Below the pieces are notes generated by a model. That model saw only the letters and a list, made by a program, of their open reading frames with translations. It was not told the DNA's origin and searched no databases. 64,000 bases of DNA from Paraphysomonas bandaiensis (taxonomy: Eukaryota; Protista; Chrysophyceae). Positions 36,160 to 48,219 of the stretch are shown piece after piece (position 1 is the stretch's first letter; every line of letters begins with the position of its first letter). The translations under genes and the position numbers were made by a program. The stretch spans positions 1 to 64,000 of the forward strand of contig CBFFRP010000363.1 of NCBI GenBank assembly GCA_965644295.1. Direction: 5' to 3'.

Positions 36160-36570
36160 AATTATAATTGCAATTATAATTTGCTATCCCAATCAGTTAT
36201 AGAATAATGCCAATAATTAACTAGTAATTGTTTTGCAGCCCTCTGTTAAATGATGTTAACAACCTACAAGAAAGTCTGATTATATTAACAACCTACTAAG
36301 AGGGAAATATTTGTCAACCTATAGTCAAATATGGATTATAATATTATATATATATATACAACCTAGAGAATATTATATATTCTCTCTGAGATGTAGTTAG
36401 GAATAAGTAATTTCCAACAATATATATATTATATTGATTGGTTGAATTTTGGTGTCAGAAGTAATAAAAAATTCAATGTTGGTGAGGCAAATGCTATAAA
36501 TACCTTGATTGTAAATGAAATTATGAACTACTTAATGACTATATTTTCAACCCTTTGACTAGGTTTTTAC
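36160..36570. mobile_element. Decayed DNA-transposon debris
   Basis: AATTGCAATT...GTTTTGCAGCCCT (36242) resembles 14600-14717; CAACCTA / TGACTAGGTTTT motifs resemble 15177-16080. Confidence 0.4.
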
Positions 36571-37428
36571 AATATTTCTGATACTTACACAACAGTATTG
36601 ACGCAGAAGGATGCTGAGGGAATAGCAATTGCAAGGAATTCAAATTTGTAATGACGAATATATGAAAAGTTGTAGCTTATTGCTGTCGTTGTTGGAATCA
36701 TTATCACATTTATCTACAACACACTTTACTGGGCTAGTGCAACAGACTTGAATGCAGTGTGTGTGATATAGCGCATACAATCCTGATAAACTTGACGTGA
36801 TCCTAACCCTGAAATGGCTGAGTGCTACTGCTCCAAGTGGCCTTCAGCATCAGAGGTGGCATATAGATATAAACTTCCCAGTATTATTCATAAAGTATAT
36901 CGTTTCGAAGTCCTGGATATGAAGCTAGATCGCGTGTACTGATATTATGGCTTTCTACATCAGCAGTCGAAGGATTAATACAACTTGGATATATAAAAAA
37001 TCATTAGTGAAGATGAAATATAGTTTTCTGTTAAAGCGAATATTGAAGTTGAATGCCTATAATAGTATTTGTTCTGCTCAACCCCATTAGAATTCTGAAC
37101 GCTTAATTAATTATTAATCTAAACATTTTACAACATAATATTATATATATATTCATGTAACATCTGGTTAAAATCTGTTCTCGGCAACATCTGTTCATCT
37201 TATTATGTGTTCACCAGTTACTCCTATATAGATATTAATTTACATATAACATATAATAGTCACATATCAGTAATGAATTAATTTACTTCGTTATTATAAT
37301 TTAGCAATTGTATTCTCCGGTTACACCTATAAGTTGATTTCAATTCAATTGCACAATTCATATGGCATCATACTTCAATCTTAACAGAACATTTTTTAGA
37401 CAAAAAATGGGGTAAATACTATATTGTA

Positions 37429-37871
37429 GTTTACCTCTTCAACAAGGTCGGACTCGCACCTTTTCGTGATGTTCTGGGGAAAAAGTACCGGAATATTCTC
37501 CGGAAACCTAACGTGAGCAGCATATATAGTCAGCAGATATTGTTTTTCCCACACATATCCTAATGCTTGTGGTACAAGAAGGGGTACTAATATAAGTGTC
37601 ACTTGAGTAGATGTCTTTGGGCCTTGATGAATAAACAGACATTCGGGAATGGATCCACCTGAAGGGTAAGCAGGGTATTGGGCTTCCTGCGGAAGTCAAG
37701 CATCCGGGCTGTTCATCTAAGGACAGAGAGCGAAAGGGGTTGCACCTTGACTCTTGCGGTGGTGCACAAGCAGCTTTCGTAGCGTCAAATAGTAGGATAT
37801 CAGAGTTAAGCACTACAGTTGTTTAGCTACTTTAGTTCTGACCCTTACAAGCCTATTGCAAAAACATTCAC
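37429..37871 (+). mobile_element. ~440-bp retroposed element, divergent subtype C 3' module
   Basis: TSD TACTATATTGTA (37417-37428 / 37872-37883, extendable to 17 bp with 1 mismatch); GTTGCACCTTG...CACAAGCAGCTTTCGTAGCGTCAAATAGTAGGATA...GCCTATTGCAAAAACATTCAC. Confidence 0.85.
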
Positions 37872-38105
37872 TACTATATTGTATTTTAAACAATGTTATT
37901 TCAAAACCACTTGTTAGCCAGATGTATTTTTATTAAAGAAGCCTAGTGCATATCACATATCACGGCCTGGTAACCATGAATAGTAATGCACTGCATATCA
38001 ACAGTACAACCGAATTACAATAAGATATAGTGCTAATTACAATAGCATACATTGTATACATCATCACACTCCAACTTATGAGTCTAAATGCTAGCAAACA
38101 AAGCC

Positions 38106-39684
38106 TTATACTCCACAAAAATCACTACCCCATAGTGCTATTAATAGCAACGATAATTACAACAGCTGCCAACACAGCTATCGAGCAAGCTTTCTGATAA
38201 GATGTATACAAATAGTACGATGCCATGTTTTGCTGCCACGACAAGTGAAGCATTCGCAATTTAGTGACATGCACATATAAACATGAAACTATTCCCCCTG
38301 ATAGAATAGATATAAATCCCTACGTACAAATATCAGTACAAACGATTCACTTGTCAAGCACTGTAATAATACCTGTACAATATAAAGAGCTGCACTCGAA
38401 GAAGCACGAGAACCAATCGAAAACATGGGTAAAATCCTGTGGCTGAAAGCAATTACATTGAACGCCACGCAGGCTACTATTAACAACACTGGTCCAGCTC
38501 TGATTACGCCAGACAGATTTTTCGGAGCAGAGTAAACTCCTATGACTCTACCCATAGGTTCGGCCAGAGTTCGAATAATAACAAGAATCGTTGGGCTGGC
38601 AGGAACAAGACTTAAAAAGCTTCCTTGTAATATTGTACTGAATGTAATAATAAACATTCCCCAGCGCAGAGGACCTAGAGTCTCTTTGGTTAGAGTAATC
38701 CGTTCCGATCCGGAGAGAGTGTGATCCGGTCTACTATCGCCAAACCTAGGAAATGAGGGGACGGGAGTTGTGGAAGTGGGAGGAACAATTTCTCCTGCGC
38801 TCCATTTATCACATAGCTCCGACAAGCTCCTGTCGTCTAGGTAGCAAACTTCTTCCCCCATATTATTCACACCAGGCCATTGCGACGGGGCTTGTATCTC
38901 CGTTTCATCACCGTCTTCTTGGATTCTAGGCAAATCATCCCAAGCAGCTACTGCAGAGCACTCCCCATCATTAAATGAATCAGCGCTCATGAGTGCGTCG
39001 TCTAAGTACTTGTATTCACTGTTGATGTCTTCCTTCTTTCCCATCAACAATAGCTATAAAACAAGATGTAATCAACAAGGGAAACTTCGACATACATACC
39101 CCAACAAACGCAGTTACAGCGACCAATCCTGCCGAAGTAAAATAATACCCCATCAAATTCCTTTTTTCGGGCTCACTACCAACCAGTTCGAAACTAAATA
39201 CCATTACAGCAGCGATAACGGCAGCCATTAAGTGAGGAGTCATATGTATGACAGATACATCAGTCACTGTCTTGAAAATACGAGCAGTAGCACCATGAGC
39301 AATCCACGAGCAGCATCCCATAGCCATAACAACCAGCATTAATGTTCCTTCATTCAAATACGGACAGCATATGATACATACTGTCATCAGTAGCGTGCAG
39401 TATTTAATACGCTGATATGAATGAGACGTGGATCCGAATATATCCACTAAGAAACCGTCCACCTGCCTCTCTATGTAACATATGGGAAACCCCACTACAT
39501 AAAAAGCAAAGTTAAGAAATATAAAATAATCTCTACCGAATCGTATTGTATAGAAATGAACTGCATAGAGGACTACGAGCCATGGAGAACTACATGCATA
39601 GGATAGGAGAAGAGAGGAGGTGATGGAACGAGACAGGGAGTCATTTGATGGTCTACCATGACTCAACAATGGATCGGCGTACAT
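38106..39684 (-). CDS. Multi-pass membrane protein, divergent equilibrative nucleoside transporter (SLC29)-like
   Basis: About 11 hydrophobic segments with a large acidic loop after TM6; SSPWLVVLYAVHFYTIRFG resembles ENT PWN...DY; EPMGRVI; 3 exons joined by GT-AG introns. Confidence 0.6.
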
Positions 39685-39736
39685 GTGATGTACAAATTAG
39701 ATGCAGAGTATGATAAACACAAGACGACATTCATTA

Positions 39737-39741
<5 letters not shown>

Positions 39742-39771
<30 letters not shown>

Positions 39772-40837
39772 TGTATGTATGTATGTATGTATGTATGTAT
39801 GTATGTATGTATGTATGTATGTATGTATGTATGTATGTATGTATGTATGTATGTATGTATGTATGTATGTATGTATGTATGTATGTATGTATGTATGTAT
39901 GTATGTATGTATGTATGTATGTATGTATGTATGTATGTATGTATGTATGTATGTATGTATGTATGTATGTATGTATGTATGTATGTATGTATGTATGTAT
40001 GTATGTATGTATGTATGTATGTATGTATGTATGTATGTATGTATGTATGTATGTATGTATGTATGTATGTATGTATGTATGTATGTATGTATGTATGTAT
40101 GTATGTATGTATGTATGTATGTATGTATGTATGTATGTATGTATGTATGTATGTATGTATGTATGTATGTATGTGTGTATGTATGTATGTATGTATGTAT
40201 GTATGTATGTATGTATGTATGTATGTATGTATGTATGTATGTATGTATGTATGTATGTATGTATGTATGTATGTATGTATGTATGTATGTATGTATGTAT
40301 GTATGTATGTATGTATGTATGTATGTATGTATGTATGTATGTATGTATGTATGTATGTATGTATGTATGTATGTATGTATGTATGTATGTATGTATGTAT
40401 GTATGTATGTATGTATGTATGTATGTATGTATGTATGTATGTATGTATGTATGTATGTATGTATGTATGTATGTATGTATGTATGTATGTATGTATGTAT
40501 GTATGTATGTATGTATGTATGTATGTATGTATGTATGTATGTATGTATGTATGTATGTATGTATGTATGTATGTATGTATGTATGTATGTATGTATGTAT
40601 GTATGTATGTATGTATGTATGTATGTATGTATGTATGTATGTATGTATGTATGTATGTATGTATGTATGTATGTATGTATGTATGTATGTATGTATGTAT
40701 GTATGTATGTATGTATGTATGTATGTATGTATGTATGTATGTATGTATGTATGTATGTATGTATGTATGTATGTATGTATGTATGTATGTATGTATGTAT
40801 GTATGTATGTATGTATGTATGTATGTATGTATGTATG

Positions 40838-40871
<34 letters not shown>

Positions 40872-40919
40872 TGTATGTATGTATGTATGTATGTATGTAT
40901 GTATGTATGTATGTATGTA
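39742..40919. repeat. (TATG)n microsatellite, ~1.18 kb with two point variants
   Basis: Directly visible; starts 57 bp from the ENT-like ATG. Confidence 0.99.
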
Positions 40920-40956
40920 CGTATGTGTATGTCTGTATCCATGTATGTGGACGGTT

Positions 40957-41010
40957 GGTAGGGAGGTACGTTGGGTAGGTAGGGAGGTACGTTGGGTAGG
41001 TAGGGAGGTA
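40957..41010 (+). repeat. 21-bp G-rich tandem repeat (~2.6 copies)
   Basis: Unit GGTAGGGAGGTACGTTGGGTA. Confidence 0.85.
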
Positions 41011-41185
41011 CAGTAGGGGTAGGGTGTAGAAGTAGAATGTTGTTTGCTTGTTGTCTATAGCTATGTGGATATTTTGGATATGGAGACCACAGTATTTGTC
41101 TTGTCTTATATGAAGCTATAGTATTAGCGATGACCTACCATCGACAAGTCTAAGATAGTTACGTTATCTCATTATCGCTCTAGAC

Positions 41186-42960
41186 ATGTCTGTGGTTATT
41201 ATCCCTGAAACCTTAACCGGCTACCTCATGAAGTACACACTATCATAGTATATGTATAATAGTAATGAACGGTTATCTACAGGCAAGGTCATGATGTTAG
41301 GAATTGGCGTAAGCGCTACTTTGTTCTTGAATCTGGAAGGCTTAGTTATTATGAGAAATCATCAGGGAAGAATGAGCACCCGTATGGTTCGAGGATCAAG
41401 GGCAGCTTATCCTTACAATATGTAGTCGCTCATTTAGGAGAAGAGAAAGACACCCATGACAGTCACGGAAATAGGATATATTTAGTGGACAATAGCTCTG
41501 GTGCGGATCTTTTGATATCAGCCGCTGACTACGAGGAAGCTGTGTTGTGGAATTCTCTCATCAATAAACATATTCAGTTTGCCAAGGAATATCCTGACAA
41601 TATTATTCCTGTGGCAGTGGAAACTGGCCATTCCCGCCGTTGGTCCCTATTTACGGTAGTGCTTGTCATGTTTTGTTCGTAGTATCCTGATTAGCAGTTT
41701 AGAAATTTACTCCTAGCTTTCACCCCACAGAGAAGGCTGCTGGGAATGTGGGAACCCCGGACGTCAAGTAGGAGTTTTGCACATATGACTTGCTGTGATT
41801 ACTAACCGACTTATAGAAAAAAGACATTGCGAAGGGCAAGCATGGCAGGCCGTATTAATATCTCTCCCAGTGAACACACTACGGCGGAGTCTAAGGTACG
41901 CAATGTATCATTTTCGGATGACATGCAACTTACACTGTTACAGGCTCCAGACAATGTAGAGAATAGTCCGCAAAGCCCTATTGCACAGAACTTGTTGACT
42001 CCGCATCATTTCGTTCCACTTAAAGTTGATCGAAGGACGGGATGCAACGTTGTATCAGCGCCTAGTGTAAAAGCGAAAATGTAAGAATATTCTTTCGACC
42101 TCATTCAGTTTTAAATTACAACTCGAAAACAGTACTAAAAAGATAGAATGTGGGGCATATGTCAGGGCAAATGGCAGATGGTATGATAAGCTTGAATAAA
42201 CTAGTAATTTTTTAGTTGTTTTCTCTAGGGTGGACTCAGAAGGCGTTCCTTGGTATCATCTTGTTGATGGCTGGGCGGCTGCAACAACACCACAAGGGCA
42301 GCGTATTCTCCGCCCGACTGGAAGAGGAAGAATTATCAAGATCACCGTTATAAAGATATCATTTTCGGAGGTGGAATGCTTCGGTTGGCTAGGAACTTAC
42401 ACTGTGAGTTATTGATATTGATGCGCTATCGACAAGTGTTGATGCTGATTGCACTGTGCACAGAGAGTCGAAGCGAATTTTTTAGTAGAAGTTGAATATA
42501 GTGACGACAACATAGATTCCGTAGTGCGCCTTCAACGGAGTTTTCAAGATCTTCTTGACCTTGAGTCTGCCGTGTCCCGTGTGAGCAGCAAGTGGAAATG
42601 GAGCAATATATCTAACTCGGAGGAATCCTTTCCAGTACTCACTGACGGGATGACTGAATTGATTGAAGATCCAAGTATAACTGTACAGTTAGTGTCGTCG
42701 GTATGCTCCAGTATTATTTAATATAGTAACTTATGGCTCTGCAGGTAAGTGCGTGGCTATCGAAGCTTGTTAGAGACAAAGATGTCAATCATAAATGTAA
42801 AGCACTTCGATCATTCTTGCACCCGACAGAGGTAATATATCATGGCGATATTGTACTTCACATGTCACTGTTGTGAACATATGTTCAATAGGCTGACTGC
42901 GTACTGATGGATATGGAGTTGATGGCTGAATGTAGACTCAATGATGTATGGGATATGTGA
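41186..42960 (+). CDS. PH-domain protein with C-terminal PX-like domain
   Basis: TGYLMK|QGHDVRNWRKRYFVLESGRLSYY...LWNSLI (PH); VRLQRSFQDLLDLE...FP...WLSKL...LRSFL (PX-like). Confidence 0.8.
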
Positions 42961-43440
42961 TACTGGGCCTAGGTCATCGATTCCATAGATATTGCCTACA
43001 GCCCTAATCTTTAATCTGATCGTTGTGGGATGTGTCCCTACAAGAAGCACATCATTCTCAGTCAGTATTTTTATAGAGCCCATTGACTTAATGGGCCTAA
43101 CTGCTCGATAAGTATGTGTGGAAGCTATTTTTTGTATGTTTACCTAGGCTCTAATTAATTCGTATATATTATAGTGGAATGTATATCTGAAGCAGTTGGT
43201 GGGTTTTATACAATCCCAGGCTATTTTAGATTGTAGAAGTTTAACAGTTACTGCTGATCCTCATTTCTAGTGCATATGCATAAATCAAATTAGTATTTAA
43301 ATGAAAGTGGGAAGTTGTAGTGACAAAAATATCGTCGTTGTCCTGTCTAAATAAAATCATTACACTAAAACGTATATTCAGTGGAGATTGATCCATTGCG
43401 GCACTATTCACTATTCAAAGATAAGAATCGCAACTATCTG

Positions 43441-44037
43441 CTATAACAATGTCATACCAAAGGATTCTAGATTGCTATGCTCATATAACCCTGAAGAGGC
43501 ATTTCTCGTAATATCTATACCTTTGAATGAAACCTCTGAAGAAGATTGTTTAAACTCTAGAGATACGCAGTTCCCTCCCCCAAAACAGAGTACTTCACGA
43601 CTACCAGTGACACCAAGAGCCCAATTCCCCACGTCAGAGTAGGATAATGCCCCATCACACAGTACCACGTTAATCACTGGGAGACAGGATAGTGACCACG
43701 ACGTTTGAAAGCGATGTAGACTGAATTCGTCACGATTCCACAGAAATGCCCATAGCATTACATTGGGATTATCGGAGCAAATTCGAGGGATTAAATACGT
43801 AAAAGAGTCGGCGCTAAAAGAGTCACCATCAATAATTAAACAAGGTGAAGCGCAATCACGAAATCTATCTCTGATGTAACTACAGAGTCTGTCTGCTGCC
43901 TTTAAGATATCTGGATTACTAAAGTCAATACCTTGACAGTATCCCTTGAAATGAAGAGCATCCTTAGAAGAAAAATCGACAGACACAAGTTGCTGTGCAT
44001 TATATGGGAAAGGTCCGTGAAGAACATATTTAGTCAT
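43441..44037 (-). CDS. Intronless hypothetical protein (~198 aa)
   Basis: Open frame from ATG 44037 with globular alpha/beta-like composition; motifs LHFKGY, IIDGDSFSADSFT, VLCFGGG. Confidence 0.65.
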   Translation of the reverse strand: MTKYVLHGPFPYNAQQLVSVDFSSKDALHFKGYCQGIDFSNPDILKAADRLCSYIRDRFRDCASPCLIIDGDSFSADSFTYLIPRICSDNPNVMLWAFLWNRDEFSLHRFQTSWSLSCLPVINVVLCDGALSYSDVGNWALGVTGSREVLCFGGGNCVSLEFKQSSSEVSFKGIDITRNASSGLYEHSNLESFGMTLL

Positions 44038-44078
44038 CACAACTCCACTGATCAATAAACACTAACACACTGACACAA

Positions 44079-44306
44079 CACATACATACATAGCAGATAT
44101 AGATATAGATATACATGGCATACCTACCTTCCTACCTACCTACCTACCACATACATATATACCTACCTACCACATACATACATACATACATACATACATA
44201 CATACATACATACATACATACATACATACATACATACATACATACATACATACATACATACATACATACATACATACATACATACATACATACATACATG
44301 CATACA

Positions 44307-44340
<34 letters not shown>

Positions 44341-44483
44341 CCTACCTACCTACCTACCTACCTACCTACCTACCTACCTACCTACCTACCTACCTACCTA
44401 CCTACCTACATACATACATACATACATACATACATACATACATACATACATACATACATACATACATACATACATACATACAT
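44079..44483. repeat. Compound (CATA)n/(CCTA)n microsatellite
   Basis: CATA blocks alternate with CCTA blocks (~44122-44171, 44341-44408). Confidence 0.98.
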
Positions 44484-44609
44484 GTACTTGGGTGCAGTGG
44501 AGTACAGCTGTGTGGGGTGTGTACGTATAGTTCACTATCTCTATGTAGTTTTCACTGCCATTAACTGATTCTGACCTCATACCGTAAATACATACACATA
44601 CACACCCTT

Positions 44610-47160
44610 ATGGCTTGGATCAAGCTATTTGTGGGTAACTGCCAAGTAGATAGGGACGGGTCAAGCTTATCGGATTATGTGTACGATGTGCACATGCGCA
44701 TTAACAGCAAAGATATCACTATACAGCGCTCGTATTTAGATTTCTGTGATTTTGATACACATTTATTAAGAAATATAAATGAAGTGACTCTACCAGAGTG
44801 TCCTTTACAGTATGCGGAGGCCATAAGAAGATACCGTATCAAACAAAGTGATCCATTTGGAGCTCTGAGACGTGTAACGATTGGAGGAGATGCTTCAGCT
44901 GCAGATAACTCCCCGTATGTTCCCTACTTTTCAGATGATCGGAGTAGTTATATGCGGACTATGTTTGAAATCGAAGAGGATGCCACTATCAAATCCTCTG
45001 ATCTTACCCAGTGGCTGATTGCAATCTTCAGTGAACCTAGTGTCTTAGAGCTGCCAGTCTCTGCGAGGTTTCTCAACCCTGAGGAAGATTGCTTTCGTAG
45101 GAATTCGGCTGAACTAGACGTTGAGATGAGTGAATTCGACTTCTTAGTCCCTAGTAAAGGAATGAAATCGAAACAGCTGTTAAGTAAGTTTGCCATGCAG
45201 CTGGAGGTGCAACAAGGACAGATCCTCGTCTGGAGATTCCGTTCCCGTACACATGATGTAGCTTTCGGTATAGAGATCAATGGTGATCCTGTACTCTCGT
45301 CAAGACGTTTTGCATCTAGTAAGGAAGAAGTGCGGGGAGTTATGCAAGTTCCAGACTCAGTTTCGGAGGCTGTGTGCGAACTTAAATTTGACAATAAATA
45401 TGCTGGGGTAGCAGTGTTTTCTGGCCCGAAAATTAATTTCTAATACAATGTTTCAGATGCTTGCGGCTACAGCGTTAACCTACAATTGCAGAGCGGTTGA
45501 GGGAGTAGAGTTTTCAGATTCTCGGCGACGTGCACACGAAAAGAATGTCAAGATTCGGTATGATATATTGACTACACGGGTATAACGCAGTTACCTGTAC
45601 ATCATATTTATAGGCAAAAAGTGGATGCCTGTGAACAGATATATGACGTATTATCGAAAGAAGCGAAAGCAATAAGGACATCAGCTATCGACGGTACACT
45701 TCATCCAAATTCTCAGCAAGAACGATTTTCACCTGGTGGTTGCTCATCACGTACTGCGATATCTAGTGCGTACAATCCAAGTAGTGTTATAGAGGAAAAC
45801 AAAGCTCTGAAGGACGAGGTAGCGGCGCTAAAACAAGAGGTGAAGGAGTTAAAAGCTCATAATGCTTTGCTACAGAGAAAGGTACTTATCTTGCTGGGGT
45901 GTAGTATTCGTTCGTTATCATCTACGAAAAAGTCATGACACTTTTGTTGCATGTAGTTGAATTCGAGCGCGACATGGGGAAAAAGTCAGAGCCAGGATAT
46001 TACCACGGGTGTGTTACACATGGGCCGAGAAGCTAATCAGGATGTTAGTGGGTCGCCCACGCTGCAGAACAGAATTAGTGCGAGATTAGAGAGACGGAGG
46101 AGCACAGGTGACATGGAAGAGGATTTCGACGCCTGGTAATTTTTGTGTCATGTAGTTTTAATTGTTTATTATTTCGTCAATTTGGACAGGTATCTTAAGC
46201 AATTCGGGCAGAGTGTGAATTCTAGAGATAGAAACTCAGCAGTTTTGGCGGATGGACTTAAGAAATTTGCTCAGAAAGTGTCCACAATATTTAAGTAAGC
46301 CCTTGCGGTGTAGTTAAATAGGTTGATAAATTCACATATGCAGGGTAACTGAGGAAGAAAGTGATGATAGACAGATTAGTGCTGTCGACAGTGGTCAAAG
46401 CAGTAATTTTTCTTCTCCTTCTCGTCAACCGAAATCACCGTATTCGCCTTCAGAGTCCACGGACTTTTCACCCACCAATTCTCGCGCATACGCTAATGAT
46501 AACGTGGAGCAAGACCATTTATTGACTGGGAAGTCAGAGAATACCCCACAATGTAGCCCAGTCTCATCACTGCGTGGACTCTATAAGCAGGGTGTCTCTG
46601 CTGTGAATGCAGAGAGCACCACTAATAACGACAATGGAACCGGTACCTCCGGTAAACTGCCTGTTAGTGCTGACGAGGATACTGTTCGACAAACGCATTC
46701 CTCTGAAGGAAATATTACTCCCCATCCAGTGGACCAGCAGTGCGACAAGTCGAACGCTATATTACCTGGTGTTCCTGATGAAGATCAAGATAGTATCTGC
46801 AGGTAGTATACAGGGTGCTATGTTTTTTTTGTGTATATCTAATGCTTTTGTAATCAGGACTAAAGAACAGAGTGACCAAAGTGATAGTAGCAGGTGGGAA
46901 TATATTTTCCCTGACGATTCAGCATTTTAGTATGTGGAATGTGTTGTAGGGTTATTGACAATAAAGATGGTGAGCGTATTTCGAGCGATGACGGTATTAT
47001 CCGGTTAAGTGCATATGTTGAAATTAATGATATGATTATAGAGTCTTGTCAAACCGCTGACGAAGGAATAGCACATGAAAGCGAAAGTTTACCTACTGAT
47101 GCCAATAAAGCATTCGTTGTTGGGATGATTGACGAACCAGATAGTGATGATGAAATATAA
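44610..47160 (+). CDS. PX-domain + GOLD-domain protein with coiled coil and acidic disordered tail
   Basis: YVYDVHM...IQRSYLDFCDFD...LP (PX); GQILVWRFRSRTHDVAFGI...LKFDNKYA (GOLD); EENKALKDEVAALKQEVKELKAHNALLQ (coiled coil). Confidence 0.82.
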
Positions 47161-48219
47161 TACAAGCAATGTAAGGAAGTTCTATGGACTATTTGGTTTA
47201 GGTTTAAACAACACAAGATAGTAATGTGTGATTTGTCCGATGCCATAGTTAATAATATTTCGTTACTATAAAATTTCTATATCGAGGTCATTCGAACTGA
47301 TGGAAGCGAGTGTGTATTATTCAACCTAGTTAAGTTGTTTGAATTATCTTGTCATACCAATTTTGGTGTAACTGTTTAAAATTTCGTGCAATTAGAAGCT
47401 GTGTTTTATGTGTTAGGGTTTACGTAGCAGTCACACAACAGTGAAACAATATTATATTATTATGAATTTCATTCATAGACTATTATATATGATATACTCG
47501 TATAGTGTACAAACCCTGAAATATATTGACTGTATAAGATCGTGACTATCGAAAACTCTGATCATATTGGTTTGTAGTATAGAGAATATAAATTTAGCGA
47601 ATGACAATGAATATAAATAAGAGCAATTGATTATTATATTTTAACTAATTGATTATTGAGTGAGTTCAATGTCCTGTTACTTAAGCTTTAATCATCACAA
47701 TATCTAATACTGATATCTGTGACTTGGTTTCTAACTAAAAATATGACTGTATATAATATATAAATGTGTTACTAAAAGTGTGAATAGAAGTAAGTGTTAC
47801 TAAGAGTCAATGAAGTCTGCATAATGGAGTAGAAAGCATTCTTTATTAATTACTATGTGCCAGTTAGGTGAAGCACCAACTGTATATGTAACGAATATTT
47901 TAGATGAAGAGGCCACCGACAGGAATAGGGACGGTGCAGCAGCATACTGCTACACAATTACCACGCATACATAATACGGTGATGCAAGTACAATATAATA
48001 AAATCAAGTGACACACCTCAAACATGATTGGTTCAAACTACTATAATCGGCATATATAATACACAGACGGATGTATGTAACGCTGCTAAGTCGTCATCAA
48101 ATGACAGCGACTGTAGTGCAATGTACTGAAAACAATATATATGACGTAACATACGAACAAAATTACAAGAAATGGGTGAACGAAAATTGAATCCATGGAT
48201 AGCTGTCGCCAAGAATGAA

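Noticed and set aside
1131-37871. Interpreting the repeated module as LTRs, DIRS/Ngaro split repeats, Penelope pseudo-LTRs or a CRISPR repeat
   Set aside because: Each copy is a single 3' end with its own TSD and variable 5' truncation. There are no TG..CA ends, tyrosine recombinase, GIY-YIG, regular spacers or cas genes.
39016-39110. Apparent frameshift between overlapping ORFs of the ENT-like gene
   Set aside because: Explained by a canonical GTATGT...TTTATAG intron.
39742-40919. Arrays as interstitial telomere repeats
   Set aside because: The unit TACA is unlike TTAGGG/TTTAGGG-type repeats, both orientations occur, and positions track gene starts.
41186-47160. Neighbouring PH-PX and PX-GOLD genes as a functional cluster or tandem duplication
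   Set aside because: No visible sequence similarity beyond generic PX features, they are separated by an unrelated gene, and such domains are common.
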